Shown here piece after piece: positions 38,880-49,064 of a DNA stretch of 64,000 bases. The notes below the pieces were generated by a model. It was given only the letters and a program-made list of their open reading frames with translations. It made no database searches and had not been told where the DNA came from. The translations under genes were made by a program, and so were the position numbers. The DNA lies in contig JAZLCH010000010.1 of the NCBI GenBank assembly GCA_045614145.1, positions 82,489 through 146,488 of the forward strand, read 5' to 3'. Origin of the DNA: Candidatus Enterousia sp. (GTDB taxonomy: Bacteria > Pseudomonadota > Alphaproteobacteria > Rs-D84). Numbering within the stretch: the first letter of the stretch is position 1; each line of letters starts with the position of its first letter.

Positions 38880-39626
38880 ATGAAAATCACAAATAAACTA
38901 AAGACAATACCCGGCATTTGGATTTCCTTCTTGGCAATTGGCATTGCACTGGGCGGATTCTTTATCGGGGACGGAATATATCGCGCCATGTCTGGTCGAA
39001 CCGTAACGGTCAAAGGTCTGGCCGAACGCGATGTTGTGGCTGATGTCGCGGTATGGAACATAAAAATAAATGGTGTTGGTGGCGATTTGGGCGTACTGCA
39101 AAAAGAAATAGACGAAGACCTGGCCCAAATACACGCATTTCTAATTGATTCTGGATTTACCCCATCAGACATACAGAATCTTCGCGTTCACGTACGCGAT
39201 AAATACGCCGGATATTCGGACACAGAATTACGCGCCCAAAACAATGATGGCCGATATGTAATTGATACCGGCGTCATGGTACGTTCGCATGACGTACAGC
39301 TGGTTGACAGCGTTTCGCGTCGAATGGGTGAATTGGTACGCCGTGGCATCACTGTAACCGAAGATTATTCTGGCCCTATTTACATATTTAATGGTCTAAA
39401 TGATATTAAAATTTCAATGATTGAACAGGCCACCAAAAATGCTACAGCCGCGGGCAAACAATTTGCCAAGGACGCCGACGCGCGCCTGGGAAAAATCAAA
39501 AGCGCAAACCAAGGTGTATTCAGCATTGAATCACGCGACCCAACCGACACATGGTCTTCGAACGAACGCCAGGCAATTAACAAAAAAGTCCGTGTTGTTG
39601 CAACAATTACATTTTATTTAAAATAA
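38880..39626 (+). CDS. SIMPL (DUF541) domain protein
   Basis: RTVTVKGLAER.V.AD, LNDIK..MI..AT.NA, LGKIKSANQG.FSI, KKVRVV. Confidence 0.9.
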   Translation: MKITNKLKTIPGIWISFLAIGIALGGFFIGDGIYRAMSGRTVTVKGLAERDVVADVAVWNIKINGVGGDLGVLQKEIDEDLAQIHAFLIDSGFTPSDIQNLRVHVRDKYAGYSDTELRAQNNDGRYVIDTGVMVRSHDVQLVDSVSRRMGELVRRGITVTEDYSGPIYIFNGLNDIKISMIEQATKNATAAGKQFAKDADARLGKIKSANQGVFSIESRDPTDTWSSNERQAINKKVRVVATITFYLK

Positions 39627-39672
39627 TATCCCAACAAAAAACCGCCATTTTTGGCGGTTTTTTTGCTACAAT

Positions 39673-40002
39673 TTACTGAACCTCATCTGTCAAATGATAA
39701 ACAATCCCATCATGAATAAAGTTAAGCGTCCCTTCTGCTGCCCCTTCTGACAACTTGCCATAACAAACGCCATTTTTGTACTTAAAAACCAGGGCTGGGG
39801 TGGAATATTTTTCACCAAACAAATAATAAACCTTGCCACTGGACAACTTTACTTTATCCGGGGCAACATCGCACAGTTTTTCCCACACAGCTGACATTGA
39901 GATTGGTTTTTCAGTCTCTGCAATTTCATCTGCACTAGCCGCCATCATAAAAGTACAACAAAACACCAAAGAAATAAAAATAAGCTTTCGAAAACTCACC
40001 AC
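39673..40002 (-). CDS. Exported hypothetical protein
   Basis: Signal-peptide-like N-terminus; GAGGGG RBS before GTG. Confidence 0.6.
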   Translation of the reverse strand: MVSFRKLIFISLVFCCTFMMAASADEIAETEKPISMSAVWEKLCDVAPDKVKLSSGKVYYLFGEKYSTPALVFKYKNGVCYGKLSEGAAEGTLNFIHDGIVYHLTDEVQ

Positions 40003-40131
40003 GTCCCCTCTTGTTTAACAAAAATAGTCTAAAGAAAAATACAATTTCAGGCAAGCAAAAAAGACTACTTTTTTTTAAATTTGATTTTTCATAGGAATGC
40101 TGTTACCATAACTTGCTGAAAAAGGATTTAT

Positions 40132-41154
40132 ATGTCAGTCAAGGCAAAACGCCTGTTTAAAAAAATTATTAGCTACTCAGGTATTTTCTTCTTTATATTG
40201 GCGGCGACCATGCTATGGTGGCAATTACGCAATTACAGCCTGTCCGATATCGCACATTCTATACAAAATATTCCATTCATCAATCTGGTAATGGCCTGTA
40301 CTGCATGCCTTGCGGGTTACATTGCCCTATCGTTATATGATTATCTGGCACTAAACTATGTCGGGGGCAAAGTTACATGGTGGAAATGGATGTTGGCAGG
40401 GATGCTGGGGTTCGCAATCAGTAATAATGCCGGCCACGCAGTGGTCAGCGGTGGCGCAATTCGATACAGACTGTATACACGTTGGCGTATTCGCGGTGGC
40501 GATATTTTAAAGATGCTGACAATTTCTGGCTTCACATATTTTCTGGGCGCATCAGCAATCGTAGTTATCAGTTATTTCTTAATCCCCAGCGACGTGTTTA
40601 ACAGTTCACTCGGGGCCAGCATAGGTATGAATGCCCTGTTTATATTCTGCACAACAACCCTGCTTGCCTACTTTGCGACAACAATTATTTTTCACAAGAA
40701 AAGCATTAAAATCGGTCAATTAAAATTCCAAATTCCATCAACAAAAATGGCAACCGCGCAAACAATACTGGGCATAACAGACAGTGTACTGGCAGGATTA
40801 GTACTGTATTTCTGTATGGCACCATTTATTGAAATTCCTTTTGTAGTGTTTATGGGCCTGTTTGCAATTGCACAGACAACCGGTGTATTCAGCCAGGTAC
40901 CAGGGGGAATTGGCGTATTTGAAAGCATTTTTCTGATGGCCCTGCCCAACAGCATCGATAAAGCCAGCATTTTTGGCGCATTATTGGCATATCGTATAAT
41001 TTACTATGTCTTGCCATTGATTGGGGTGGGCAGCTTATTCTTCATCTATGAACGCTGGTTGCGCAGCCGCATGAAAAGATGGCTGAAGGAAGCTAAAGAA
41101 AAAATCCCCGCAAAAATCAATAAAATAAAATCTGAAATAAAAATCAGAAAATAA
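40132..41154 (+). CDS. Lysylphosphatidylglycerol synthase-type TM (flippase-like) protein
   Basis: YDYLAL, SGGAIRYRLY, VPGGIGVFE, LLAYRIIYY.LP. Confidence 0.88.
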   Translation: MSVKAKRLFKKIISYSGIFFFILAATMLWWQLRNYSLSDIAHSIQNIPFINLVMACTACLAGYIALSLYDYLALNYVGGKVTWWKWMLAGMLGFAISNNAGHAVVSGGAIRYRLYTRWRIRGGDILKMLTISGFTYFLGASAIVVISYFLIPSDVFNSSLGASIGMNALFIFCTTTLLAYFATTIIFHKKSIKIGQLKFQIPSTKMATAQTILGITDSVLAGLVLYFCMAPFIEIPFVVFMGLFAIAQTTGVFSQVPGGIGVFESIFLMALPNSIDKASIFGALLAYRIIYYVLPLIGVGSLFFIYERWLRSRMKRWLKEAKEKIPAKINKIKSEIKIRK

Positions 41155-41360
41155 ATACCTTGCCAAGTTGTATATTAGCATGTTAGAATAGCCAAGTGTA
41201 TGAAAATGGGGCTATAATTAAGTGTTTGTATTGTCACTATTTTTAACAATTCGCATGGCGCTGATGGCTATCGTGGCGCAATTCCTTGGCATGGGCATGG
41301 ACGCCCCACGGGAACGTATTGTTACCATTACATACATCGCCAAAACAAAAGGATTACTAA

Positions 41361-43154
41361 ATGTCAAAAAAAATATACGTGGATGCAGTCCACCCGGAAG
41401 AAACGCGTGTTGTTGTTGTTGATACCGCAACAAATCGTGTTTCGGACTTTGACGTTGAAACCACAACAAAACCTCAGATTAAAGGGAACATCTATCTGGC
41501 CAAGGTTATACGTGTGGAACCGTCGCTGCAGGCGGCATTTGTTGATTATGGAACAGGCAAGAATGGGTTCTTGCCATTTTCGGAAATTCATCCGGACTAT
41601 TATCAGGTGACGCCAGAACAGAAAAAGAAATTATTAGAATTAGCACACGCCAACATTGTTGACGACGACGACGATCCAAATGATGAAGAAGACGAAGTTG
41701 CCGAATACGATGACCACAGTGCCGGCGAAGACAATCACGAATTTACAAAACGCGCACGCGAATTTAAAATTCAGGATGTTATTAAACCAAAACAAATCTT
41801 GCTGATTCAAGGTGTCAAAGAAGAACGCGGCCAGAAAGGCGCATCTATGACAACATACCTGTCGTTGGCGGGGCGTTTTGCGGTCTTGATGCCAAATTCA
41901 CGCAAACGCAACAGCTATGGTATTTCAAAAAAGATTTCCGATAAATCAGAACGCGCACGTCTGCGCGAAGTGCTGCATGGTCTGAAAATCCCCAAGGGGA
42001 TGACCGTCGTTCTGCGAACAGCCGCCATGGGTGCAACACCTGCAGACATTGCAGCAGACTATGATTACCTGGTAAATCTGTGGAATGAAATTCGCAAGAC
42101 AACATTGGCGTCTGTTGCACCGGTAACAATTCATACCGAAGATTCACTGTTGCGTCGTGTTGTCCGCGATTTCCTTAGTGATAAAGAAGATGTTCTAGTT
42201 ATCCAGGGTGAAGAAGCATTTGATGCAGCAAAACAATATTTCCAACAAATGTATGGTCGTGCGCCACGCAAACAGCTGGTTCAATACAAAGACGTCGCCG
42301 TCCCATTAATGGTCAAGGCCGGCGTGGAAAAACAGCTGGAAGGCCTGCATGGCCCATATGTGACATTGCCATCGGGCGGTTCTTTGGTTATCAACCAGAC
42401 CGAAGCAATGGTAACAATTGATGTGAATTCTTCGCGCGCGATTAAAGAAAAAGATATTGAACAGACCGCACTGAACACTAATTTAGAAGCGGCGGAAGAA
42501 ATCGCCCTGCAATTACGCCTGCGTGATTTGGCGGGTATTATTGCGATTGACTTTATCGATATGGAAGAAGAAAAGAACAATCGCAAATTGGAACTGAAAA
42601 TGCGAGAAGTTATGAAACGCGATCGTGCGCGCACCCAGGTTGCGAAAATTAATAACTTTGGTGTTCTGATGTTGTCGCGTCAGCGTCTGCGCAGCAGTTT
42701 TATGGAATCGTCATATGTTGCGTGTCCACACTGTATGGGTGCGGGGGTTGTACCATCTATTCAGACAGCGGCGATTATTCTGTTCCGCCACCTGCAGGAA
42801 AAGCTGTTGGCCAAGGCTGCACAGAAAATCATTATGACCGTACCAACCGATGTGGCGGTATATCTGTTAAATCACAAGCGCACCGAATTGGCCCAGATGG
42901 AAGCTGAATTTGATACAGAAATTGTGATTATTGGTGATGACAGCCTGATGAATATTGACCAATATTCAATTCAGCGTGTTGCGCCAGAACAGAACAAGAC
43001 CGAAGAATTGTTGGGCGCATATGCACCATCAACTGATGCAAAAAAGAAAAACGCCCAGCACATTGATGCAAAAAAGACAACGGTTAACACGCAGCGCCGT
43101 AAACGCAAAAAACAAAACAAGAAAAAGACGTTGTGGCAGAAAATTATCGGTTAA
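41361..43154 (+). CDS. rne: Ribonuclease E/G
   Basis: HPEETRV, KGNIY..V.RVEPSLQAAFVDYG, IDVNS, LRDLAG.I.IDFIDM, CPHC.G.G. Confidence 0.95.
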   Translation: MSKKIYVDAVHPEETRVVVVDTATNRVSDFDVETTTKPQIKGNIYLAKVIRVEPSLQAAFVDYGTGKNGFLPFSEIHPDYYQVTPEQKKKLLELAHANIVDDDDDPNDEEDEVAEYDDHSAGEDNHEFTKRAREFKIQDVIKPKQILLIQGVKEERGQKGASMTTYLSLAGRFAVLMPNSRKRNSYGISKKISDKSERARLREVLHGLKIPKGMTVVLRTAAMGATPADIAADYDYLVNLWNEIRKTTLASVAPVTIHTEDSLLRRVVRDFLSDKEDVLVIQGEEAFDAAKQYFQQMYGRAPRKQLVQYKDVAVPLMVKAGVEKQLEGLHGPYVTLPSGGSLVINQTEAMVTIDVNSSRAIKEKDIEQTALNTNLEAAEEIALQLRLRDLAGIIAIDFIDMEEEKNNRKLELKMREVMKRDRARTQVAKINNFGVLMLSRQRLRSSFMESSYVACPHCMGAGVVPSIQTAAIILFRHLQEKLLAKAAQKIIMTVPTDVAVYLLNHKRTELAQMEAEFDTEIVIIGDDSLMNIDQYSIQRVAPEQNKTEELLGAYAPSTDAKKKNAQHIDAKKTTVNTQRRKRKKQNKKKTLWQKIIG

Positions 43155-43156
43155 TA

Positions 43157-43181
43157 AAATCCCCCAAATTCGGGGGATTTT
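43157..43181. terminator. Bidirectional terminator between rne and the phage-like cluster
   Basis: AAATCCCCC-AAATTC-GGGGGATTT hairpin. Confidence 0.75.
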
Positions 43182-43183
43182 CC

Positions 43184-43420
43184 TTATTTAATTACTGCGC
43201 CTTTGATAAGGGTCAGGTCTTCTTTGATATCGTCTATTTTTATTTGAATTTGCCCGATTCCGGTTTCCAGTATTGTTGTTCGGTTTTCCAGCGATGTTAT
43301 ACGTGTATCAAATGTTTCGTGTTCGGCAACAGATAAATCTTGGCGGGCCGCCCAATAAATCAGCCCACCAATGAAGACTATTAAAAACCAACTGTTGCGC
43401 AGAAATTCTATTGATTTCAT
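43184..43420 (-). CDS. Small TM + coiled-coil protein (holin/hemolysin-like)
   Basis: One TM followed by heptads (RITSLE...IDDIKEDL); ATGA-coupled. Confidence 0.6.
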   Translation of the reverse strand: MKSIEFLRNSWFLIVFIGGLIYWAARQDLSVAEHETFDTRITSLENRTTILETGIGQIQIKIDDIKEDLTLIKGAVIK

Positions 43421-43620
43421 GATTTATCCCCCCTGCCCCGCGCGACCAGTGATAATATCTGGCGCAGGAATGCGCGTTGGGCTTCGGCCCAGCGCAATTC
43501 ATTATCGCTTGCATTTGCCCCCAGGGTGCGTTCAATTGTTATCATGCGCAGGTAATCCAGCACACGCGCGCCGGCGGGCGTTGAAAAGCAACGGGCAAAA
43601 TCTGGTGCAATATCTGTCAT
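43417..43620 (-). CDS. Bbp19-like phage protein
   Basis: FARCFSTPAGARVLDYLR...LRWAEAQR..L.QI, in the usual position after a podoviral portal. Confidence 0.75.
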   Translation of the reverse strand: MTDIAPDFARCFSTPAGARVLDYLRMITIERTLGANASDNELRWAEAQRAFLRQILSLVARGRGDKS

Positions 43621-43623
43621 AGA

Positions 43624-44853
43624 TCACCCCCCCAGCACCGTTTCAGTTGCCGTCATCTGTGCAATCGGTGCAATGTATTTTAATTCGGCATCACCGTTTA
43701 ACTGGATTGGTGCAATCAATCCGCGACGCGCCAAAATCTGTAATCCGCGGTCACACAGTGGGCGAATAAATTCATGCAACAGGCGCCCATATGTCGCACC
43801 CAAGATGCGCATCATGTCGGCATTACGTGCCATGATTTCAGTTGCGGTCATTTCTTTATCAGACAACAGCCCCAGACGGTCTGCCAACAGCGCATGACGA
43901 ATGCGTTCGCGCAGGTCTTTTAATATCAACTGGGACACATCAAAATTCGCACCACTGGTCAATGGTGTCAGACCTGACGAGCCGACAGCCTTTGGTATAA
44001 TTGCGCCTGGGGTCAGGTTAATATTCTGCAGGTTTATAACACCATCATCATCCGCCATCCAAATTCCAGAAACCGCGATTGTCGCGTTTTTCAGGACCAG
44101 TTCAACGACCTTGTTCGCGGTTTTAATATCGGGCAACGCACGCAAGACCGGACCACGACCGTATAGTTCGCCACTGGATACAGACCAACGGAAAATAATA
44201 TATGGATTTGTTTCAAATGTACCCGTTGCAACAATATTATTTTCAATGTCGCCCCCAACATCTAACCAGGCGGTAAATTCAGTACCGACCAGACTTTGCA
44301 CCAATTTCAATGGCGTTTCTGGGTCGCGCTGTATCACATCACGCAGATTGGCAGGCGGGGTCCATGTTGGATATTTTTCCAGTACTTCGCGCGCTGGCAT
44401 TGACGTCGTGTGAAATACTGCATTTGGTAAAATCGCAATGTCTGCCATTGGAATTGCGGTAAATGTAAATGCAGACGATGCGCCGATTGGTGCCTCTGCC
44501 ATGAACAGACATGCTGTCCCCAATATAACCAGGTCCATATAACACTGGTGTATGGTTGTATAAAAATTTGAATCGTTCAGATTTGCACGCAGAACCGTGG
44601 TGGCATAATCTGCGTTTTGCGATAATTCACTTTCACCGACCAGTTGCAGCCACATTGATTCAGGCGGTGTCAACAATGTATAAATAGATGCCGCCAGGTT
44701 ATCTGCCGCGTCGGCTGCGGTTGCATCGTATAATGTCGCCGCATCGTCGTCTGCAGATGGCACGGTATAACGACGCGCCGCATCCCAACGGGCAATCCAA
44801 GGGCTGCGCATGTCCAAGGCACGTTTATACAGGCTTTGTAAATTCTTTTGCAT
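43624..44853 (-). CDS. Head-tail connector (portal), T7/BPP-1 type
   Basis: DATA..AA..LAA.I...LTPP..W, DL..LGTA, RW...GE.YGRGP...ALPDIK, MTATEI..R, LG..YGRL..E.I.PL. Confidence 0.92.
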   Translation of the reverse strand: MQKNLQSLYKRALDMRSPWIARWDAARRYTVPSADDDAATLYDATAADAADNLAASIYTLLTPPESMWLQLVGESELSQNADYATTVLRANLNDSNFYTTIHQCYMDLVILGTACLFMAEAPIGASSAFTFTAIPMADIAILPNAVFHTTSMPAREVLEKYPTWTPPANLRDVIQRDPETPLKLVQSLVGTEFTAWLDVGGDIENNIVATGTFETNPYIIFRWSVSSGELYGRGPVLRALPDIKTANKVVELVLKNATIAVSGIWMADDDGVINLQNINLTPGAIIPKAVGSSGLTPLTSGANFDVSQLILKDLRERIRHALLADRLGLLSDKEMTATEIMARNADMMRILGATYGRLLHEFIRPLCDRGLQILARRGLIAPIQLNGDAELKYIAPIAQMTATETVLGG

Positions 44854-44874
44854 TTATTTTGTCCTTTTGGTTAA

Positions 44875-45723
44875 TTAAACAGAAAAATTTGTATTTGCAG
44901 AAAATGTTTGTATTCCCCTGCCCAGTGCGCGCACAGGCATTGGGGTTTGGGCAATCGCACCCGCCACTGCGTCCAGACCGTCGTCGTGCGTACCATACGC
45001 CCCAACCGGCGACCAGCCCAGCATTTCAGACATCAGTGGCGTGACGCGTGTGCGTTCGTGCGCATACAAGCGGCCGGTGGATAACAGGGGTTCAATAGCA
45101 TCCAGGATTCGTTCATTTTTTGATTTACTGTTCTGGATGCGACAAACATGAATTCGCATACCGTGGCGGGTGGCACAATCGCGCATAATTTCAGGCAACC
45201 CACCACCAATTCCATTCGTTTCGATACAGATTGTATGCAAATTCCGTACACGCATAAATTCCAGCACCATATCACACTGGCGTGATAATGGGAACTGTTC
45301 ACTGTCAGATACAGTCAGATACAAAATATCGTGAACAAAGGCGCGTCGGTTTTTATCGTCACGATACAACAAGACACACGCGCTGCAGTCACGTTTGCGT
45401 TTACCACTGGACGGGTCCCAATACAATGTGACACCTGTTATCAGATGTTCGCCAATTTTCGCACTGCGCGGTTCAAATTCTGTATCGTAAAAATGCACCC
45501 CCCCGGGATCCAGGCGTGCGCGTTCGGGTGATACAAATTCCAGCATCATTTGCGACATAAAATGACGCGCGCCCACAATTTGACGCAAATTATCTATCTT
45601 CTCTGGCGGGAATAGTTCAGGCCAGGCAGGTTCACCGAACGCATTAACTATCGGAATTTTCAACAGTTTATAGCCCTGTAAAAAAGGCGTTGAAAAAGCA
45701 TTTTTTTCATATACCATTGGCAT
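44875..45723 (-). CDS. Terminase large subunit, C-terminal (nuclease) half
   Basis: PAWPE.F, F.SQMM, YWDPS, DCSA, IETNG, K..RI, HDDGLDA; start is ATG 45723 or 45717 (uncertain). Confidence 0.85.
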   Translation of the reverse strand: MPMVYEKNAFSTPFLQGYKLLKIPIVNAFGEPAWPELFPPEKIDNLRQIVGARHFMSQMMLEFVSPERARLDPGGVHFYDTEFEPRSAKIGEHLITGVTLYWDPSSGKRKRDCSACVLLYRDDKNRRAFVHDILYLTVSDSEQFPLSRQCDMVLEFMRVRNLHTICIETNGIGGGLPEIMRDCATRHGMRIHVCRIQNSKSKNERILDAIEPLLSTGRLYAHERTRVTPLMSEMLGWSPVGAYGTHDDGLDAVAGAIAQTPMPVRALGRGIQTFSANTNFSV

Positions 45724-45742
45724 AGAAGTAAAGGAATTTGAC

Positions 45743-47308
45743 ATGGATTTTACCCCCAAAACATTACCCACAAATCTGGAAGCCGAACAGGCCGTGTTGG
45801 CCGCAGTGTTGATGAACAATCGTGCGCTGGAACGCGTGGGCGAATTCCTGAACTACACACATTTTTCACATCCTGCGCACCAGGAAATCTATAAACTGGC
45901 CGAACGTCAATTTGCAGCCGGGATTCCATTTGATATTATTACTGCGAAAAACTATCTGGACCAACAAGGGGTCTTGGAATCGGTTGGTGGCGTTGACTAT
46001 CTGACACAGTTGTCTGGCGCAGGCGCAACAGTTGTTAATGTTGAACAATACGGGCGCATTGTTTATGAACACGCATTGCGCCGCGACCTGATTGCGCTGG
46101 GCCAGGAAATTACAGACAAGGCATTCATCGAAGACCTGGACAATCCGCCATCACGACAAATTGAAATCGCCGAACAAAAACTGTTTGATATGGCGACGAC
46201 AGGTTCATCTGAACGCGAAGTAACACCAATTGCCGCCGCGTTGCAGACCGCACTGAACGAAGCAGAAATCGCGTACAAGGCAGACGGCCAATTATCTGGC
46301 TTAACGACGGGACTGGATGCGCTGGACAAATCAATCAGTGGGCTGCACCATTCGGATTTGATTATTATTGCGGGCCGTCCTGCAATGGGTAAGACCACAT
46401 TGGCAATGAACATCGCGTTTAACGCGGCGAACGCGATTGCATACGGGCGCGCAAACCAGAATTACAAGGGCGCAGTCGTGTTTTTCAGTTTGGAAATGTC
46501 TGCATCCCAGTTGGCGGCGCGTGTGCTGTCTTCACAGTCCAAGGTTCCGGCCAGCGCGATGCGCGAAGGAAATTTAACCGACGAAGATTTCTTAAAGATG
46601 TCACAATATTCTGCCGCCATCGGCAAGGTGCCACTGTTCATTGACGACACGCCCGGTATGTCGGTGCCAATGATGCGTACTCGCGCACGCCGCCTGGCAC
46701 GCAAACACGGTGGAATTGCGCTGATTGTTATTGATTATCTGCAGTTGATGACATCACCCGGTGGCAAGCACAGCGACAACCGCGTTCAAGAAATTTCTGA
46801 AATTACCCGTGGTCTAAAAATGCTGGCCAAAGAATTGGATGTACCGGTGATTTCACTGTCACAGTTATCACGCAGTGTGGAATCGCGTGACGATAAACGA
46901 CCAATGCTGTCAGATTTGCGTGAATCTGGGTCTATTGAACAGGACGCGGACATTGTTATGTTTACATATCGTGAAGAATACTATCTGCAAAATCGCGATC
47001 CATCTGAACGCCTATCAAATACGACCAATAACGCAATGGTTGAATCATGGCAGAAACGATACGAACGCGCCAAGGGCAAGGCTGACATCATCATCGGCAA
47101 AAACCGTCACGGCCGTCCTGAAACAGTGCGCACCGCCTTCTTTGGCGATTACAGCTTGTTCGATAATCTTCCAGAATTTGAATCATATGACGACAATGAA
47201 TTCGCCCAACCTGCCCCGACTGTTTCTACGACCAATCTGAACAGCGATGCAGATTTTGCCCCAACCGCAATTAATCCTGATGACATTCCAGACGATATGC
47301 CATTGTAA
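45743..47308 (+). CDS. dnaB: Replicative DNA helicase
   Basis: NLEAEQAVL, AGRPAMGKT, FFSLEMS, IDYLQL, SQLSR, SDLRESGSIEQDAD, KNRHG. Confidence 0.98.
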   Translation: MDFTPKTLPTNLEAEQAVLAAVLMNNRALERVGEFLNYTHFSHPAHQEIYKLAERQFAAGIPFDIITAKNYLDQQGVLESVGGVDYLTQLSGAGATVVNVEQYGRIVYEHALRRDLIALGQEITDKAFIEDLDNPPSRQIEIAEQKLFDMATTGSSEREVTPIAAALQTALNEAEIAYKADGQLSGLTTGLDALDKSISGLHHSDLIIIAGRPAMGKTTLAMNIAFNAANAIAYGRANQNYKGAVVFFSLEMSASQLAARVLSSQSKVPASAMREGNLTDEDFLKMSQYSAAIGKVPLFIDDTPGMSVPMMRTRARRLARKHGGIALIVIDYLQLMTSPGGKHSDNRVQEISEITRGLKMLAKELDVPVISLSQLSRSVESRDDKRPMLSDLRESGSIEQDADIVMFTYREEYYLQNRDPSERLSNTTNNAMVESWQKRYERAKGKADIIIGKNRHGRPETVRTAFFGDYSLFDNLPEFESYDDNEFAQPAPTVSTTNLNSDADFAPTAINPDDIPDDMPL

Positions 47309-47323
47309 TTTATAATTATTTTC

Positions 47324-47370
47324 TTGCACCAGATGGATAAATTAACTATTATTTTGTCAAGAAATAGTTA
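47324..47370 (+). promoter_or_regulatory. Sigma70-like promoter with overlapping inverted repeat
   Basis: TTGCAC-N17-TATTAT (47324-47352); TAACTATT-N12-AATAGTTA (47343-47370). Confidence 0.55.
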
Positions 47371-47384
47371 TTTAGGAGTTGCAC

Positions 47385-48392
47385 ATGGCCCAAGAAGAAA
47401 TTATTTTTCCAAATAATATCCGTAACATACGTTTGGCAAACGGCATGAAAATGACAGAACTGGCACGCCAGACGGGTTTATCATTATCTGCTGTTTCAAA
47501 AATTGAAAAGGGTGTACGACGTCTAAATCAGAAACAACTGTTAAACATTTGCAATATTTTAGGTTGTAAATTGTCTGACATTTTCATCAAAGAATCTGAT
47601 GACGTTGCCAATCAATGGCAATCTGAAATCAAACGTCGCCTGAACGACAACGAAAACAGCGGCCTAAAGGTATTTGGCAGTGGTCTGCGCAAAATTCGCC
47701 AACAATCAGGCAAGACAATTGCCCAGGCGGCCAAAGAAGCCGGAATGACACTGTCTGTTTATCATAAAATCGAGGTCGGACAACGTGAAATATACAAAAA
47801 CGAAATCGAACCATTGGCAAAATCATTTGCGTTGGGCGCCGAAGATCTGTTTGACAAAATTGCAAACCTGTACAAATCCGGTGAATTAAATAAGCATATC
47901 AGCAAGGTAAAAGAACGTGTTAAATCCGTTTTAATACCTGGGAACCCATTGTCTGGCATCGATATGCACGGCAGCCTATATGGTGCAAAACTGTACGACA
48001 GCGCACGAAAAAAACTGGTTCCTGTATTTGGTACCCCATCTGGCAAATCAATCACATTTAAGAAATCAGACAAAACAATGATTGTTGCTCCAATGCCCCT
48101 AGAAGGTCGCGCTGGCATTTATGCGGTAATACCAAACACAAAACGTCTGGGCGGCATAATTCCTGAAAAATCATATATTTTTGCCGATGCGCTGACCCCT
48201 GCACAACCAGGCGACATGGCGGTATGCATTGATACAGATTTTGACATCCTGGACAACGACACAACCATCAATGCCCAGGTTGCCATCATCCGCCAGGATT
48301 CCAAAGGCAACATTTACGGCCACGTTTCAGGTCCTGACGAAAAAATAACCGCCCAAACAATGCACAAAGTTGTAATGATTGTTATGAAATAA
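47385..48392 (+). CDS. Tandem XRE-HTH regulator with degenerate S24/CI-like C-terminal domain
   Basis: Two Cro/CI HTHs (IRNIR..GM...LARQTG.S...SKIEKG; LRKIR..GKT...A...G.......IE.G); VPVFG...YAV...P.QPGD C-domain. Confidence 0.8.
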   Translation: MAQEEIIFPNNIRNIRLANGMKMTELARQTGLSLSAVSKIEKGVRRLNQKQLLNICNILGCKLSDIFIKESDDVANQWQSEIKRRLNDNENSGLKVFGSGLRKIRQQSGKTIAQAAKEAGMTLSVYHKIEVGQREIYKNEIEPLAKSFALGAEDLFDKIANLYKSGELNKHISKVKERVKSVLIPGNPLSGIDMHGSLYGAKLYDSARKKLVPVFGTPSGKSITFKKSDKTMIVAPMPLEGRAGIYAVIPNTKRLGGIIPEKSYIFADALTPAQPGDMAVCIDTDFDILDNDTTINAQVAIIRQDSKGNIYGHVSGPDEKITAQTMHKVVMIVMK

Positions 48393-48425
48393 ACCATTCA
48401 TTTCACCCCCAGGAGAGAGACTAAC

Positions 48426-49064
48426 ATGAAAGCAAAAATCAGAACAACCGCACAAAGATTATTAAACCTGTACCGCCAAGAACATGTAATTATTGGCGGT
48501 TGGGCGACCATAAATCCTATATTTATAAATGACGCAACCGACGACGTCATTTCAGAGCTGAAAGACATGCCAACAGGCCCATCCCTGATTCAGCATATTG
48601 AAAATCTGCGCAGCGGAAAAACCCCAATGGATTCAATTGCGCGTGAATTATTGCCATATGGTGGCATGATGACAGAATCAATTGCATCAATAAACCTGAC
48701 TGACGGCGAATTGCATGAACTGCAACACACCATTGACCAATTTACCCCTGACCAATCAGGACTAAACATGTTTCTGGCCACGCCAATTGTTCGTAAATTT
48801 GGCGAAGAATGGCCATCAGCTATTCGTTCTATAATTGACAATCATCCACAAATGCTGGCCAAATGGGATATAATTAAACAAACATATGACGCATACAGAC
48901 TGTGGGATTCTGCAAACGAAATTATTTCAAACCCTTTGTCTGAACGCGCCCGGGCACTGGTTCAATCTGACATGCCAGATTATGAAACATACCTGCCAAA
49001 ATTTGGGGTTCAGGGTATTGAATTACTGGAAAAACTGCGCACATTTGTCAGCACACTGAACTAA
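48426..49064 (+). CDS. Hypothetical protein
   Basis: 212-aa ORF, AGGAG RBS; its stop overlaps the stop of the TerL N-half. Confidence 0.8.
   Translation: MKAKIRTTAQRLLNLYRQEHVIIGGWATINPIFINDATDDVISELKDMPTGPSLIQHIENLRSGKTPMDSIARELLPYGGMMTESIASINLTDGELHELQHTIDQFTPDQSGLNMFLATPIVRKFGEEWPSAIRSIIDNHPQMLAKWDIIKQTYDAYRLWDSANEIISNPLSERARALVQSDMPDYETYLPKFGVQGIELLEKLRTFVSTLN

Noticed and set aside
45743-47308. dnaB as a phage helicase
   Set aside because: Full-length bacterial-type DnaB on the opposite strand to the virion genes. A host origin is more likely, but a genome-wide check for a second dnaB is needed.
47332-47360. Minus-strand promoter (TTGACA at 47360-47355) driving terL-C across dnaB
   Set aside because: No acceptable -10 element at 16-18 bp spacing.
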